From Candidatus Omnitrophota bacterium (GTDB lineage: Bacteria; Omnitrophota; Gorgyraeia; JAHJTE01): a stretch of 64,000 nt of DNA. Made by a program: the position numbers and the translations under genes. The stretch is from contig JBFMEB010000008.1 of NCBI GenBank assembly GCA_040753675.1, positions 6,736 through 70,735 on the forward strand, read 5' to 3'. Within the stretch, counting starts at the first letter, position 1. Every line of letters begins with the position of its first letter. The notes under the pieces are model-generated. The model did no database searches. It was not told the origin of the DNA and saw nothing but the letters and a program-made list of their open reading frames with translations. Shown in pieces: positions 63,001 through 64,000 of the stretch.

Positions 63001-64000
63001 ATTAAATCGTTTCGGACTTTATATCCGCCGGCTTCTTGAGGAAATCCTGACGCATCACCAGGGGATCGACTGTGATGTGATGGAAAAAATTTACCGATAC
63101 ACTCTTCGTGTTTGGCTGATGAGAGGTATTTATGATGCTGTAACTGATAAAAAAATTATTCCCGAATTTACAGCCGAAGAATTAACTAACGCTGCAAAAC
63201 AGGCGCGTCACAACGGAGCATTTCGATACTTGGCCAGTGAGGTAGCCCTTCTTCACATGCTGAAAGATTTGCATCAGACCATGTTTGATCCGGAATTTCA
63301 GCCGCTGAAGAAAAATGTGTCGCCTGGCGTAGATAAAATCACTGAGAGTGCAACAAACCTCTATTTTGGCGTAACAGAGGCGGAAGTCGCGTCATTCAAA
63401 CCGCGGTACGCTCTCAATAGCCGTCTTATAAAGTTGTACGGAGAATTGGTTGAGCAAGTTTACCGCGCCGGAGACAGAAAACGTAAAATTCCACCGGGAC
63501 TCTACGTAGATAAAATTACTCTAATCATTGAACATCTTCGCCGGGCAATCCCTTATGCCGAAGCCCCTCAAGCGCAGGCGCTGCGACAGCTCATTCGATA
63601 TTTTCAAACTGGAGAAGAAGAAGATTTTGAACGCTACAATGAGGCGTGGGTGAGAGATGGGGCAGTCGTGGATATTGCGGTTGGCCCTATTGAGGTCTAT
63701 GACGACCCCCTGGCTCAAAAAGGAAGTTTCATGGGAATTGTAAACTTTCTCGATCCGCACATGCAAAAAATAACTTCTTCTTTGCAAGGCCTCGGTCTTT
63801 ATCTGGAGCAATCTGCTCCGTGGGATGATATCTACAAAAAGGCTGAAGTAAATCTTCCGACGATTAGGTTTGTCCAGGACCTCATCAGGACAGGGTTATG
63901 GGGAGGGGTTATCCATCTTGCCGGCGAAAATCTTCCTGATAATCCCCGGTGGCGGGAAAGATACGGCTCTAAGAATACGATTATTCAGAATATTGTTCCC
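2..64000 (+). CDS. Single uninterrupted ORF (frame +2) covering the entire window; internal fragment (no start, no stop in view) of a giant multidomain protein, >=21,333 codons in-window
   Basis: Codon-by-codon reading of + frame 2 found no TAA/TAG/TGA from nt 2 to nt 64000. The phase was re-checked on ~60 individual lines, including all domain junctions and the region 61.8-62.9 kb. Homology-recognisable domains all lie in this one frame. The ORF track lists no + strand frame-2 ORF (all seven + ORFs are frame 3), which is what a stop-to-stop ORF finder gives when a frame has no stop in the window. Codon usage is homogeneous and AT-rich. Confidence 0.85.
1850..2110 (+). other. Degenerate protein-kinase-like / phosphotransferase catalytic-loop region within giant ORF
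   Basis: Translation '...FYISDYKPANIVLTKDAEGQFVAKIVDLDI...' resembles the HxDxKPxNIL catalytic loop plus DFG-like 'DLD' of ePK/APH-fold kinases, but the His is replaced (S). Weak. Confidence 0.3.
2245..2640 (+). repeat. Repeat module A, copy 1 (~130 aa; motif FGGIE...SHEIxAVLNPExTHxxNPIRL), unknown function
   Basis: Translation 'TALISQFGGIEAIIQQFGSLTIQQIKELYQIPESDL...VSHEIFAVLNPEVTHQQNPIRL'. It shares a 59-nt perfectly identical core (2309-2367) with copy 2 at 6305-6363, and a diverged third copy lies at 45470-45900. Confidence 0.8.
3650..4880 (+). other. Glyceraldehyde-3-phosphate dehydrogenase (GAPDH)-like domain inside giant ORF; catalytic Cys/His motifs intact, ~60-aa insertion in NAD domain
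   Basis: 'AIVGINGPGRTGR' matches the GINGFGRIGR NAD motif. 'DNASCTTNCLVP' is the active-site signature. 'LTDHAYTTDQ...ILPGSTGAATAAAKI' and C-terminal 'WYDNETGFSTRMVD' are canonical GAPDH blocks. Confidence 0.9.
4890..6110 (+). other. Phosphoglycerate kinase (PGK)-like domain, circularly permuted: C-terminal ~115 aa (4890-5270) precede the N-terminal ~280 aa (5290-6110)
   Basis: 4890-5270 translates 'DIGPDTIE...ILWNGPLGVVE...AKGTEAIADTIA...IGGGDTL...HVSTGGGAFLEAFQFGVENLPGLKAL', the PGK C-terminal nucleotide-binding half. 5290-6110 translates 'VLIRADFNVPLD...THLGRPNG...LLLENSRF...NDAFAVNHRAHSSNVGV...LIVLLAGGKVADK...LPIDYTVVTD', the PGK residue 1-~285 order. In-frame junctions were verified on lines 4861 and 5221. 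Confidence 0.85.
6245..6600 (+). repeat. Repeat module A, copy 2
   Basis: 'TTLISQFGGIQALINQFGSLTIQQIKELYQIPESDL...VSHEINAVLNPELTHEENPIRL'. The 59-nt identical core 6305-6363 equals 2309-2367. Confidence 0.8.
6650..8110 (+). other. Enolase-like domain (divergent, metal-ligand and catalytic positions present)
   Basis: Blocks align to enolase: 'IELDDKFKAQAENKDKPRFSYIGSEISVGISMIVSIAFAERLGVPL' (IDLDGT.NKSKFGANAILAVS...G.PL). Also present are 'ALDIASSEMY', 'ISCEDWAD', 'QMSDDNVVSN', 'LLIRKFTQAG', 'VVIFSHRGTRPELE' (SHRSGETED block) and 'GKWTLWGPGRGALIAVMNQ'. Confidence 0.75.
8255..8760 (+). other. Degenerate, internally deleted paralog of cofactor-independent phosphoglycerate mutase (apgM-type); metal-binding DGLGD and DHSTP motifs lost
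   Basis: 'KIIYVVLKGAREELEGVAHPNLDNIAKQSALGLINI' parallels '[43 protein letters not shown]' of the intact copy, then jumps to the C-terminal half ('GMDVISFAGKNLTEQIEGL...LVITTDSFDIAP...GSLGVISGQDILSLTLGHAG'). A shared 23-nt identical core lies at 8417-8439 and 9596-9618. Confidence 0.6.
8855..10020 (+). other. 2,3-bisphosphoglycerate-independent phosphoglycerate mutase, archaeal-type (apgM, alkaline-phosphatase superfamily) domain, motifs intact
   Basis: '[13 protein letters not shown]...HHPNLD...PGSGPGHAAIFGY...VVDRRAGRP...LVLTADHSTPARIKAHSFHPVPVLIYS...EKGSLGRIPAKVIMPL' has the full family signature. Confidence 0.85.
10030..10190 (+). other. Predicted transmembrane segment(s)
   Basis: Hydrophobic stretch 'NIFFSIVSGIGLVTPSGLSLELDSISYLLMAGLLFVGLLTHIPVI'. 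Confidence 0.5.
10980..11400 (+). other. Possible class-I SAM-methyltransferase-like Rossmann segment (weak)
   Basis: 'GEMVVHEWGAGDGFSAAVFLDMM' resembles MTase motif I (E/D-x-G-x-G-x-G). No other motif is secure. Confidence 0.25.
16880..17480 (+). other. Pol-beta-superfamily nucleotidyltransferase domain of the CCA-adding enzyme / poly(A) polymerase head type
   Basis: 'VVFAGGSVRDPIFGRFSNDIDFSVAL' matches the GG(A/S)VRD...D.D signature of PF01743-type NTases. A downstream block 'DCTMALNRIAMDMDGKMYGSLFGLFDFLRGKIHFGG...VVRALRTSFG' follows the R-DFTINA/DPxGG/RxxRAxRF pattern. Confidence 0.65.
17830..17950 (+). other. Predicted transmembrane segment
   Basis: 'TTLLSIILLALLFFSGKEAVSLMAMSFMMMATVAEV'. 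Confidence 0.5.
19560..20700 (+). other. Long Q/E/K/D-rich coiled-coil / low-complexity region
   Basis: ~380 aa with heptad-like charged repeats ('...LSQETNEFSQGASNLDELKDKITKRKEEADLSDLDREVDNLKDKAGDIDNQAAEIEKLAKQLEEKAQSLSEA...'). Codon composition shifts to cag/gaa/aaa. Confidence 0.6.
20900..21470 (+). other. von Willebrand factor type A (vWA) domain with MIDAS motif
   Basis: 'GRVCLVIDTSGSMGAAEEGSDLWNVALSTALVL...' carries a DxSGS MIDAS motif and the alpha/beta pattern typical of vWA. Confidence 0.75.
21540..21680 (+). other. Predicted transmembrane segment(s)
   Basis: 'SGILALSLLILVCGFNIFFGANLSEFMGNLAFIFALTV'. Confidence 0.5.
21950..22600 (+). other. AAA+ ATPase domain, MoxR/CbbQ-like (copy 1)
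   Basis: Walker A 'IGPAGTGKN'. '...FAHPEFKFIALANPSAEMEGGGTYVTESLPADVWGRLIQINVGYLPPEEEAELL' matches the MoxR sensor region (ATxNP...EGTY.LPEAxLDRF). Confidence 0.8.
23030..23540 (+). other. AAA+ ATPase domain, MoxR-like (copy 2)
   Basis: Walker A 'VYGPTGSAKTT', Walker B 'AFVDEMDK', sensor 'FFFIGAANPP...GGSELSGEVFDRFSV'. Confidence 0.8.
24695..24772 (+). repeat. 78-nt perfect intragenic direct repeat, copy 1 (core of a ~230-aa paralogous module 24400-25100)
   Basis: nt 24695-24772 are identical to 26669-26746 and encode 'LLLVEETSHLLLPFETDNLTIELATF'. The flanking ~700 nt are paralogous at protein level but diverged. Confidence 0.85.
25140..26270 (+). repeat. Three tandem ~105-aa beta-rich repeats (motif ...G(D/E)(T/I)IPGI(G/K/A)...ISE(G/D)...)
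   Basis: 'ILSVGDTIPGIGGRVVSM...', 'IIASGEIIPGIKNPIYSHIPSISEDEVVTLWVDD...' and 'KIGLRGRTIPGIAGKIRGFNFPDISEDRIITLARVDD...' form three protein-level repeat units. No family assignment. Confidence 0.5.
26669..26746 (+). repeat. 78-nt perfect intragenic direct repeat, copy 2 (core of paralogous module 26380-27050)
   Basis: Identical to 24695-24772. Sits 1974 nt downstream of copy 1. Confidence 0.85.
27150..28200 (+). other. TPR-/HEAT-like alpha-solenoid repeat region (~10 repeats of ~35 aa)
   Basis: Recurring 'A(K/E)..A..IA.ELAKAG....A...' pattern, e.g. 'KAKALVTIAVELNKAGNKTKAKEIFSQA', 'AKAKELFTQAISVAEEV', 'ILTAIVIELAKRGEVDKAHTIANQMA', 'YKAIALADLAYEFARSGD'. Confidence 0.5.
28960..29460 (+). other. 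Polytopic TM module T1 (4-5 predicted helices)
   Basis: 'LYILAAVCLGLLWANWRVVKIIIDRFSNLIKEAKQALFDVAFSVLFHFLVIGG...LCFLMAILSVTALSGFGVASFISKLLRKLQEQRE...' is paralogous to T2. Confidence 0.55.
29530..30050 (+). other. Polytopic TM module T2 (tandem paralog of T1)
   Basis: 'IYILGASCIGLAWLNVRVFQMIISRITSLTKETLQALIEIIGRISCYALVAGL...LYFLAAFLSVTAICGFGVAANISKLLRWVQKKRE...' has the same architecture and shares ~70% nt identity in the 'FLSVTA..GFGVA...SKLLR' stretch. Confidence 0.55.
30590..30800 (+). other. GC-richer (~50%) palindrome-dense patch inside the ORF; 15-bp imperfect inverted repeat with ~60-nt loop plus several short hairpins; possible embedded structured element
   Basis: 'GGCCCCGTTAGAAAG' (30593-30607) pairs with 'CTTTCTAACGGGGCT' (30668-30682). 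Other palindromes are 'TCTCTTTGGAGAGA', 'CGGGATCCCG' and 'GTGACcagagtagGTCAC'. The translation here is low-complexity ('AGPVRKIIFVASQSLPQSVAGGENWLLSNGAGPERSISLERNVGIPKSDQSSHFIRDGKQRSNSAG') between two TM stretches. Confidence 0.4.
31400..31570 (+). other. 2x[4Fe-4S] ferredoxin domain (OFOR delta-subunit-like), set 1
   Basis: 'CDNCDYCVAACPD...HCSECEMCARACPTGAI' gives two CxxCxxCxxxCP motifs. Confidence 0.85.
32170..32900 (+). other. 2-oxoacid:ferredoxin oxidoreductase beta-subunit-like (TPP-binding) domain, set 1
   Basis: 'SRLCQGCPQP' (Cys motif). '[56 protein letters not shown]' matches the GDGG...[11 protein letters not shown] TPP/Mg signature of PorB/KorB. Confidence 0.85.
33560..34100 (+). 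other. OFOR gamma-subunit-like domain, set 1
   Basis: 'IRWHSFAGQGAQVGVKTLGTILHLLGFYSLAWLRFGPERRGAPTAGFNRFSGSPIL...GLKPGGILIVNT' matches the PorC pattern (R.HGRGGQG...FGPERRGAPV...GLK.GG.LIVN). Confidence 0.8.
34205..35310 (+). other. OFOR alpha-subunit-like domain, set 1 (begins with an in-frame ATG exactly where stand-alone PorA proteins start)
   Basis: 'MKFLTGNEASALAIMQNKPGVLGVYPITPSTVAAELIAEEIA...AEDSAQASVIGAQAMGVDAVTITASQGLLRMHELL...DSGWIQVYCSNAQELYDMMIMAPLIA...VIADGFAISHTRE' is the PorA signature (GNEA.A.GA...YPITPSS...SE.AA...TSSQGL.LM.E...RD.GW...DGF..SH). Confidence 0.85.
36810..36950 (+). other. 2x[4Fe-4S] ferredoxin domain (delta-like), set 2
   Basis: 'CVNCQHCVTRCPD...HCKGCSICVGACQD'. 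Confidence 0.85.
37730..38480 (+). other. OFOR beta-subunit-like (TPP-binding) domain, set 2
   Basis: 'GLCRGCDAG' and '[50 protein letters not shown]'. Confidence 0.85.
39150..39720 (+). other. OFOR gamma-subunit-like domain, set 2
   Basis: 'WYSRGGKGAVSANSVLVKFLYSVLGLYPQGFPKFGPERQGAPIEAFATFSG...GLVLDLAAWPEFYKNLGPEAVMVVNT'. Confidence 0.8.
39818..40900 (+). other. OFOR alpha-subunit-like domain, set 2 (also begins with an in-frame ATG: 'MTGCGAAVQ...')
   Basis: 'MTGCGAAVQVIKRTSELIPTMFSGYPITPNT...RADSEHSAISAGLSGVLTGAFAFDASSS...HRGHSDTMLIRDTGFIQIYAATQQEVYDLGMIG...VAMDGFYLTHT' and C-terminal 'VGLVSPTVYRPWQ'. Phase around 39781-39901 was checked directly against the sequence lines. Confidence 0.85.
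41440..41560 (+). other. Predicted transmembrane segment(s)
   Basis: 'TLLLSFALFALFFTNIDIQPLLKVLFDLGSLAFVLGMVF'. Confidence 0.5.
42600..42950 (+). other. Possible degenerate GT9 (heptosyltransferase-like) half-domain
   Basis: 'VLIFMVCGLGDACVRQRVIKIGTEEGF' and '...NLPALITGQDNLSNMLYLNSHTSGRAFVWEILG' weakly echo GT9 N- and C-terminal motifs (ILIIR.SALGDVV; LIGNDSGPMHLAAALG.P.VALFG). Low confidence. Confidence 0.3.
43300..43640 (+). other. GNAT-type N-acetyltransferase-like segment
   Basis: 'VVGSYIVKIELDE...NVDEQLRRKGVGRALLFASIKEA...CRLYIEEDNERMLNLAFQIGFVKEG' includes the motif A Q/R-x-x-G-x-G/A pattern. Confidence 0.5.
43930..44780 (+). other. Histidine-kinase core (DHp H-box + HATPase_c)
   Basis: H-box 'FLIHDLRYRRF', N-box 'MFFNLVMNAVDAM', G1 'LKVSDSGKGMSKE', G2 region 'LHSLGFEFVKQTVADLGGWVAIDSKLGRGTIVIVSLP'. 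Confidence 0.75.
45470..45900 (+). repeat. Repeat module A, diverged copy 3
   Basis: 'IKRFGGIEKILKKG...KIIAHEIQAVLIPDLTHEENLFIDATLSKNPP' conserves FGGIE and HEIxAVLxPxLTHEEN. Confidence 0.55.
46065..47250 (+). other. Acyl-CoA dehydrogenase (ACAD)-like domain; begins at an in-frame ATG ('MARDFVAERV')
   Basis: 'GAIAATEPDAGSDVGNIALKAHEDGEFFVLEGNVNKIFISTAGLADIYIVLA...AFLVEPSMKGFEIGKVEHKLGQRASPTAVLSFTDVRV...GRIGIAAVASGIIEAAFRDAKEYAAQRRQF...[39 protein letters not shown]' has the full ACAD pattern including the YEGT(S/N)xIQ catalytic-Glu block. Confidence 0.85.
48200..48350 (+). other. Highly basic K/R-rich stretch
   Basis: 'PTRAPKPPSQTKTRRKNARRVKRQKGDKSAQREETKVEKSKPQRSETG'. Confidence 0.5.
48640..49250 (+). 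other. Cluster of predicted transmembrane helices (~5)
   Basis: 'IIYLGLFLDLLILAGLSGLFFAHFL...ITFVTVAALILLMASIANA...VWLAISAIVGIAVGGFLNIVM...VIIFIICTSAFYSGFI...SGLAIATIFVLIFGIRFI'. Confidence 0.55.
51820..52760 (+). other. Ribose-phosphate pyrophosphokinase (PRPP synthetase)-like two-domain PRTase fold
   Basis: 'LNGLVELLLILSALEEEKVKSVQCLIPGFGYARGDKN' (cf. LMELLIMIDALKRASA...VIPYFGYARQDRK), 'NIHFLDSEGAHFFKAIPGLIIHNL' (DLHA.QIQGFF.IPVD.L), and PRPP-binding loop 'DKDIIFVDDIISTGGTFVRG'. Confidence 0.7.
52870..52980 (+). other. Predicted transmembrane segment
   Basis: 'FTNVAGFVLILLFIWWQVLGGRFGIADFCAVAAVTAL'. Confidence 0.5.
53900..54010 (+). other. Predicted transmembrane segment
   Basis: 'GFSSMFGLPIGIKGSGVLLIAAITFLCLIFLF'. 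Confidence 0.5.
54650..55330 (+). other. Protein-kinase-like domain (ePK/atypical; DFG replaced)
   Basis: Gly-loop 'VLGYGYEAKVFRV', beta3 Lys 'ETFALKVG', catalytic loop 'IYHGDLMSRHIIVSD', then 'KLVDPKL' in place of DFG. Confidence 0.6.
55900..56790 (+). other. Glycosyltransferase family 9 (LPS heptosyltransferase-like) domain
   Basis: N-terminal 'NILIICNGYFAAGDQLNNSLILKGLRQRYPDAKIEVY...DLVINLNS' and C-terminal 'IMVSPFTSTAIKNWPLSNWAQIINSIL...MRQCCLHIGGDSFPAHLASALGITTLTLYGPTSP' (cf. GNDSGPMHLAAALG.P.VALFGPT.P). Confidence 0.8.
58390..58950 (+). other. HAD-superfamily hydrolase domain (subfamily IA-like)
   Basis: Motif I 'AIIFDLGGVI', motif II 'VAIISNSS', motif III 'RKPD', motif IV 'AVFFDDTKENADVA'. 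Confidence 0.75.
59260..59420 (+). other. Predicted transmembrane segments (2)
   Basis: 'LPPFALTAAVYFMAVVVTSLGAFSLVIALFGIIVSLCYAAFIIATLG'. Confidence 0.55.
59800..60300 (+). other. Possible class-I SAM methyltransferase-like segment
   Basis: 'RKLLVELGSGNTAVGLAIAQRNSGIDVLTTDKY' resembles MTase motif I plus the acidic residue of motif II. Confidence 0.35.
61860..62040 (+). other. Gly-rich hydrophobic (TM-like) segment immediately upstream of the nested TA cassette
   Basis: 'VLAAILSVTIVAILFIFSPLLANYLGLDLNLQAGTVKLAGIGFENISGILGSLGILGGVYY'. A 45-50-nt imperfect direct repeat lies on the other side of the cassette (62730-62790). Confidence 0.5.
62044..62460 (-). CDS. vapC: PIN-domain toxin (VapC-like), 138 aa, probable TTG start preceded by GGAGG
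   Basis: Track ORF 'MLIVIDSNEYIFAFG...FEEVKRNL...DAFIAAYTDWVGADALVTENRHF...' has PIN hallmarks: N-terminal acidic 'IDSN', central Glu, 'D.LIAA.A', and 'LVTxNxxF'. GGAGG (rc of 62468-62472) lies 7 nt upstream of the TTG at 62460. The TAA stop lies at 62041-62043. Its start overlaps the stop of the upstream small ORF. Confidence 0.7.
   Translation of the reverse strand: MLIVIDSNEYIFAFGHVEKSATRALFDKLLTRPQTHNLRIPRTVFEEVKRNLSPEAFREFNAFICDLTNVDEDISVPFELGVKYEYLGLKSSDAFIAAYTDWVGADALVTENRHFLSRKENLPFKVVNAERCLRMLFK
62444..62608 (-). CDS. Small basic helical protein (54 aa), putative cognate antitoxin; family not recognised
   Basis: rc of 62444-62608 gives ATG...TGA = 'MRKNIKEAKKRLARLREIIAKNPPPIFKMSKEEVIKTLRKTRERLWREKLAYRH*'. 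The Shine-Dalgarno AGAGGTGA lies 6 nt upstream. The 3' end overlaps the vapC start by 17 nt (typical TA coupling). It was not in the ORF track (<60 aa). Confidence 0.5.
   Translation of the reverse strand: MRKNIKEAKKRLARLREIIAKNPPPIFKMSKEEVIKTLRKTRERLWREKLAYRH
62615..62622 (-). promoter_or_regulatory. Shine-Dalgarno (AGAGGTGA) for the small antitoxin-like ORF
   Basis: rc of 'TCACCTCT' at 62615-62622, 6 nt from the ATG at 62608. Confidence 0.55.
62630..62658 (-). promoter_or_regulatory. Sigma70-like promoter for the TA operon: -35 TTGACA (rc of 62653-62658), 17-nt spacer, -10 TATGGT (rc of 62630-62635); palindrome CAATATTG overlaps -35
   Basis: The minus-strand sequence reads '...GAGGCAATATTGACATTATTAAATAAATATGGTATGGTAACAATTAGAGGTGAATAAATATG'. 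Confidence 0.5.
62700..62830 (+). other. Gly-rich hydrophobic segment immediately downstream of the TA cassette (paralog of 61980-62040)
   Basis: 'IIGASFGFGNISGIFGSFGGWLALISSTILCQVVG' parallels 'LAGIGFENISGILGSLGILGG'. At nt level, 'ggttttgggaatatatctgggatttttggttctttcggagg' is ~80% identical to 'gggtttgaaaacatatccgggatcttgggttctttgggcattttgggagg'. Confidence 0.5.

Noticed and set aside
2-64000. Alternative genetic code (stop-codon reassignment) as the explanation for the missing ORFs
   Set aside because: Reassignment would still leave TAA/TAG/TGA triplets in frame. Here none occur in frame 2 at all, while frames 1 and 3 are full of them. The standard code with one enormous ORF is the simpler explanation.
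1-64000. rRNA, tRNA, CRISPR arrays, transposases/IS elements
   Set aside because: No tRNA-like cloverleaf motifs (GTTCGA T-loop context), no rRNA-like conserved blocks, no regularly spaced short repeats and no transposase or integrase motifs were seen on either strand.

Overview
In + frame 2 (codons starting at nt 2, 5, 8 ...) I found no TAA, TAG or TGA between nt 2 and nt 64000. The whole window therefore appears to lie inside one uninterrupted coding frame of at least 21,333 codons with neither start nor stop in view, that is, an internal slice of a giant gene. I read the frame by hand, codon by codon, and re-checked the phase on about 60 separate lines. The supplied ORF track agrees: it has no + strand frame-2 ORF at all (its seven + ORFs are all in frame 3), and its minus-strand ORFs are antisense noise with one exception. 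Nearly every recognisable protein domain sits in this one frame. There is a lower-glycolysis block in pathway-like order: GAPDH with its catalytic Cys and His intact, a circularly permuted phosphoglycerate kinase, an enolase with metal and catalytic residues present, and an archaeal-type cofactor-independent phosphoglycerate mutase preceded by a dead, internally deleted paralog. A vWA(MIDAS) domain is followed by two MoxR-like AAA+ ATPases. There are two complete tandem sets of 2-oxoacid:ferredoxin oxidoreductase domains, each in the order delta (2x[4Fe-4S] ferredoxin), beta (TPP-binding), gamma, alpha. Other domains are a CCA/poly(A)-polymerase-type nucleotidyltransferase, a GNAT, a histidine-kinase core, an acyl-CoA dehydrogenase, a PRPP-synthetase-like domain, a protein-kinase-like domain, a GT9 heptosyltransferase and a HAD hydrolase. 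Between them lie TPR-like and coiled-coil stretches, many transmembrane segments, several internal duplications including 59-nt and 78-nt perfect intragenic repeats, and about 6.6 kb with no recognisable domain. The one convincing antisense gene pair is a VapBC-like toxin-antitoxin cassette on the minus strand at 62,044-62,608. It has its own sigma70-like promoter, two Shine-Dalgarno sites, and an antitoxin stop that overlaps the toxin start. The cassette is nested inside the giant ORF without breaking the host frame, and imperfect ~45-bp direct repeats flank it. I saw no rRNA, tRNA, CRISPR array or transposase. The domain content (glycolysis, pyruvate:ferredoxin oxidoreductase and a nucleotidyltransferase within a TM-rich giant ORF) fits what has been reported for giant genes of ultra-small predatory bacteria such as Omnitrophota; that link is inference only. 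Domain coordinates are approximate (about +/-30 nt).
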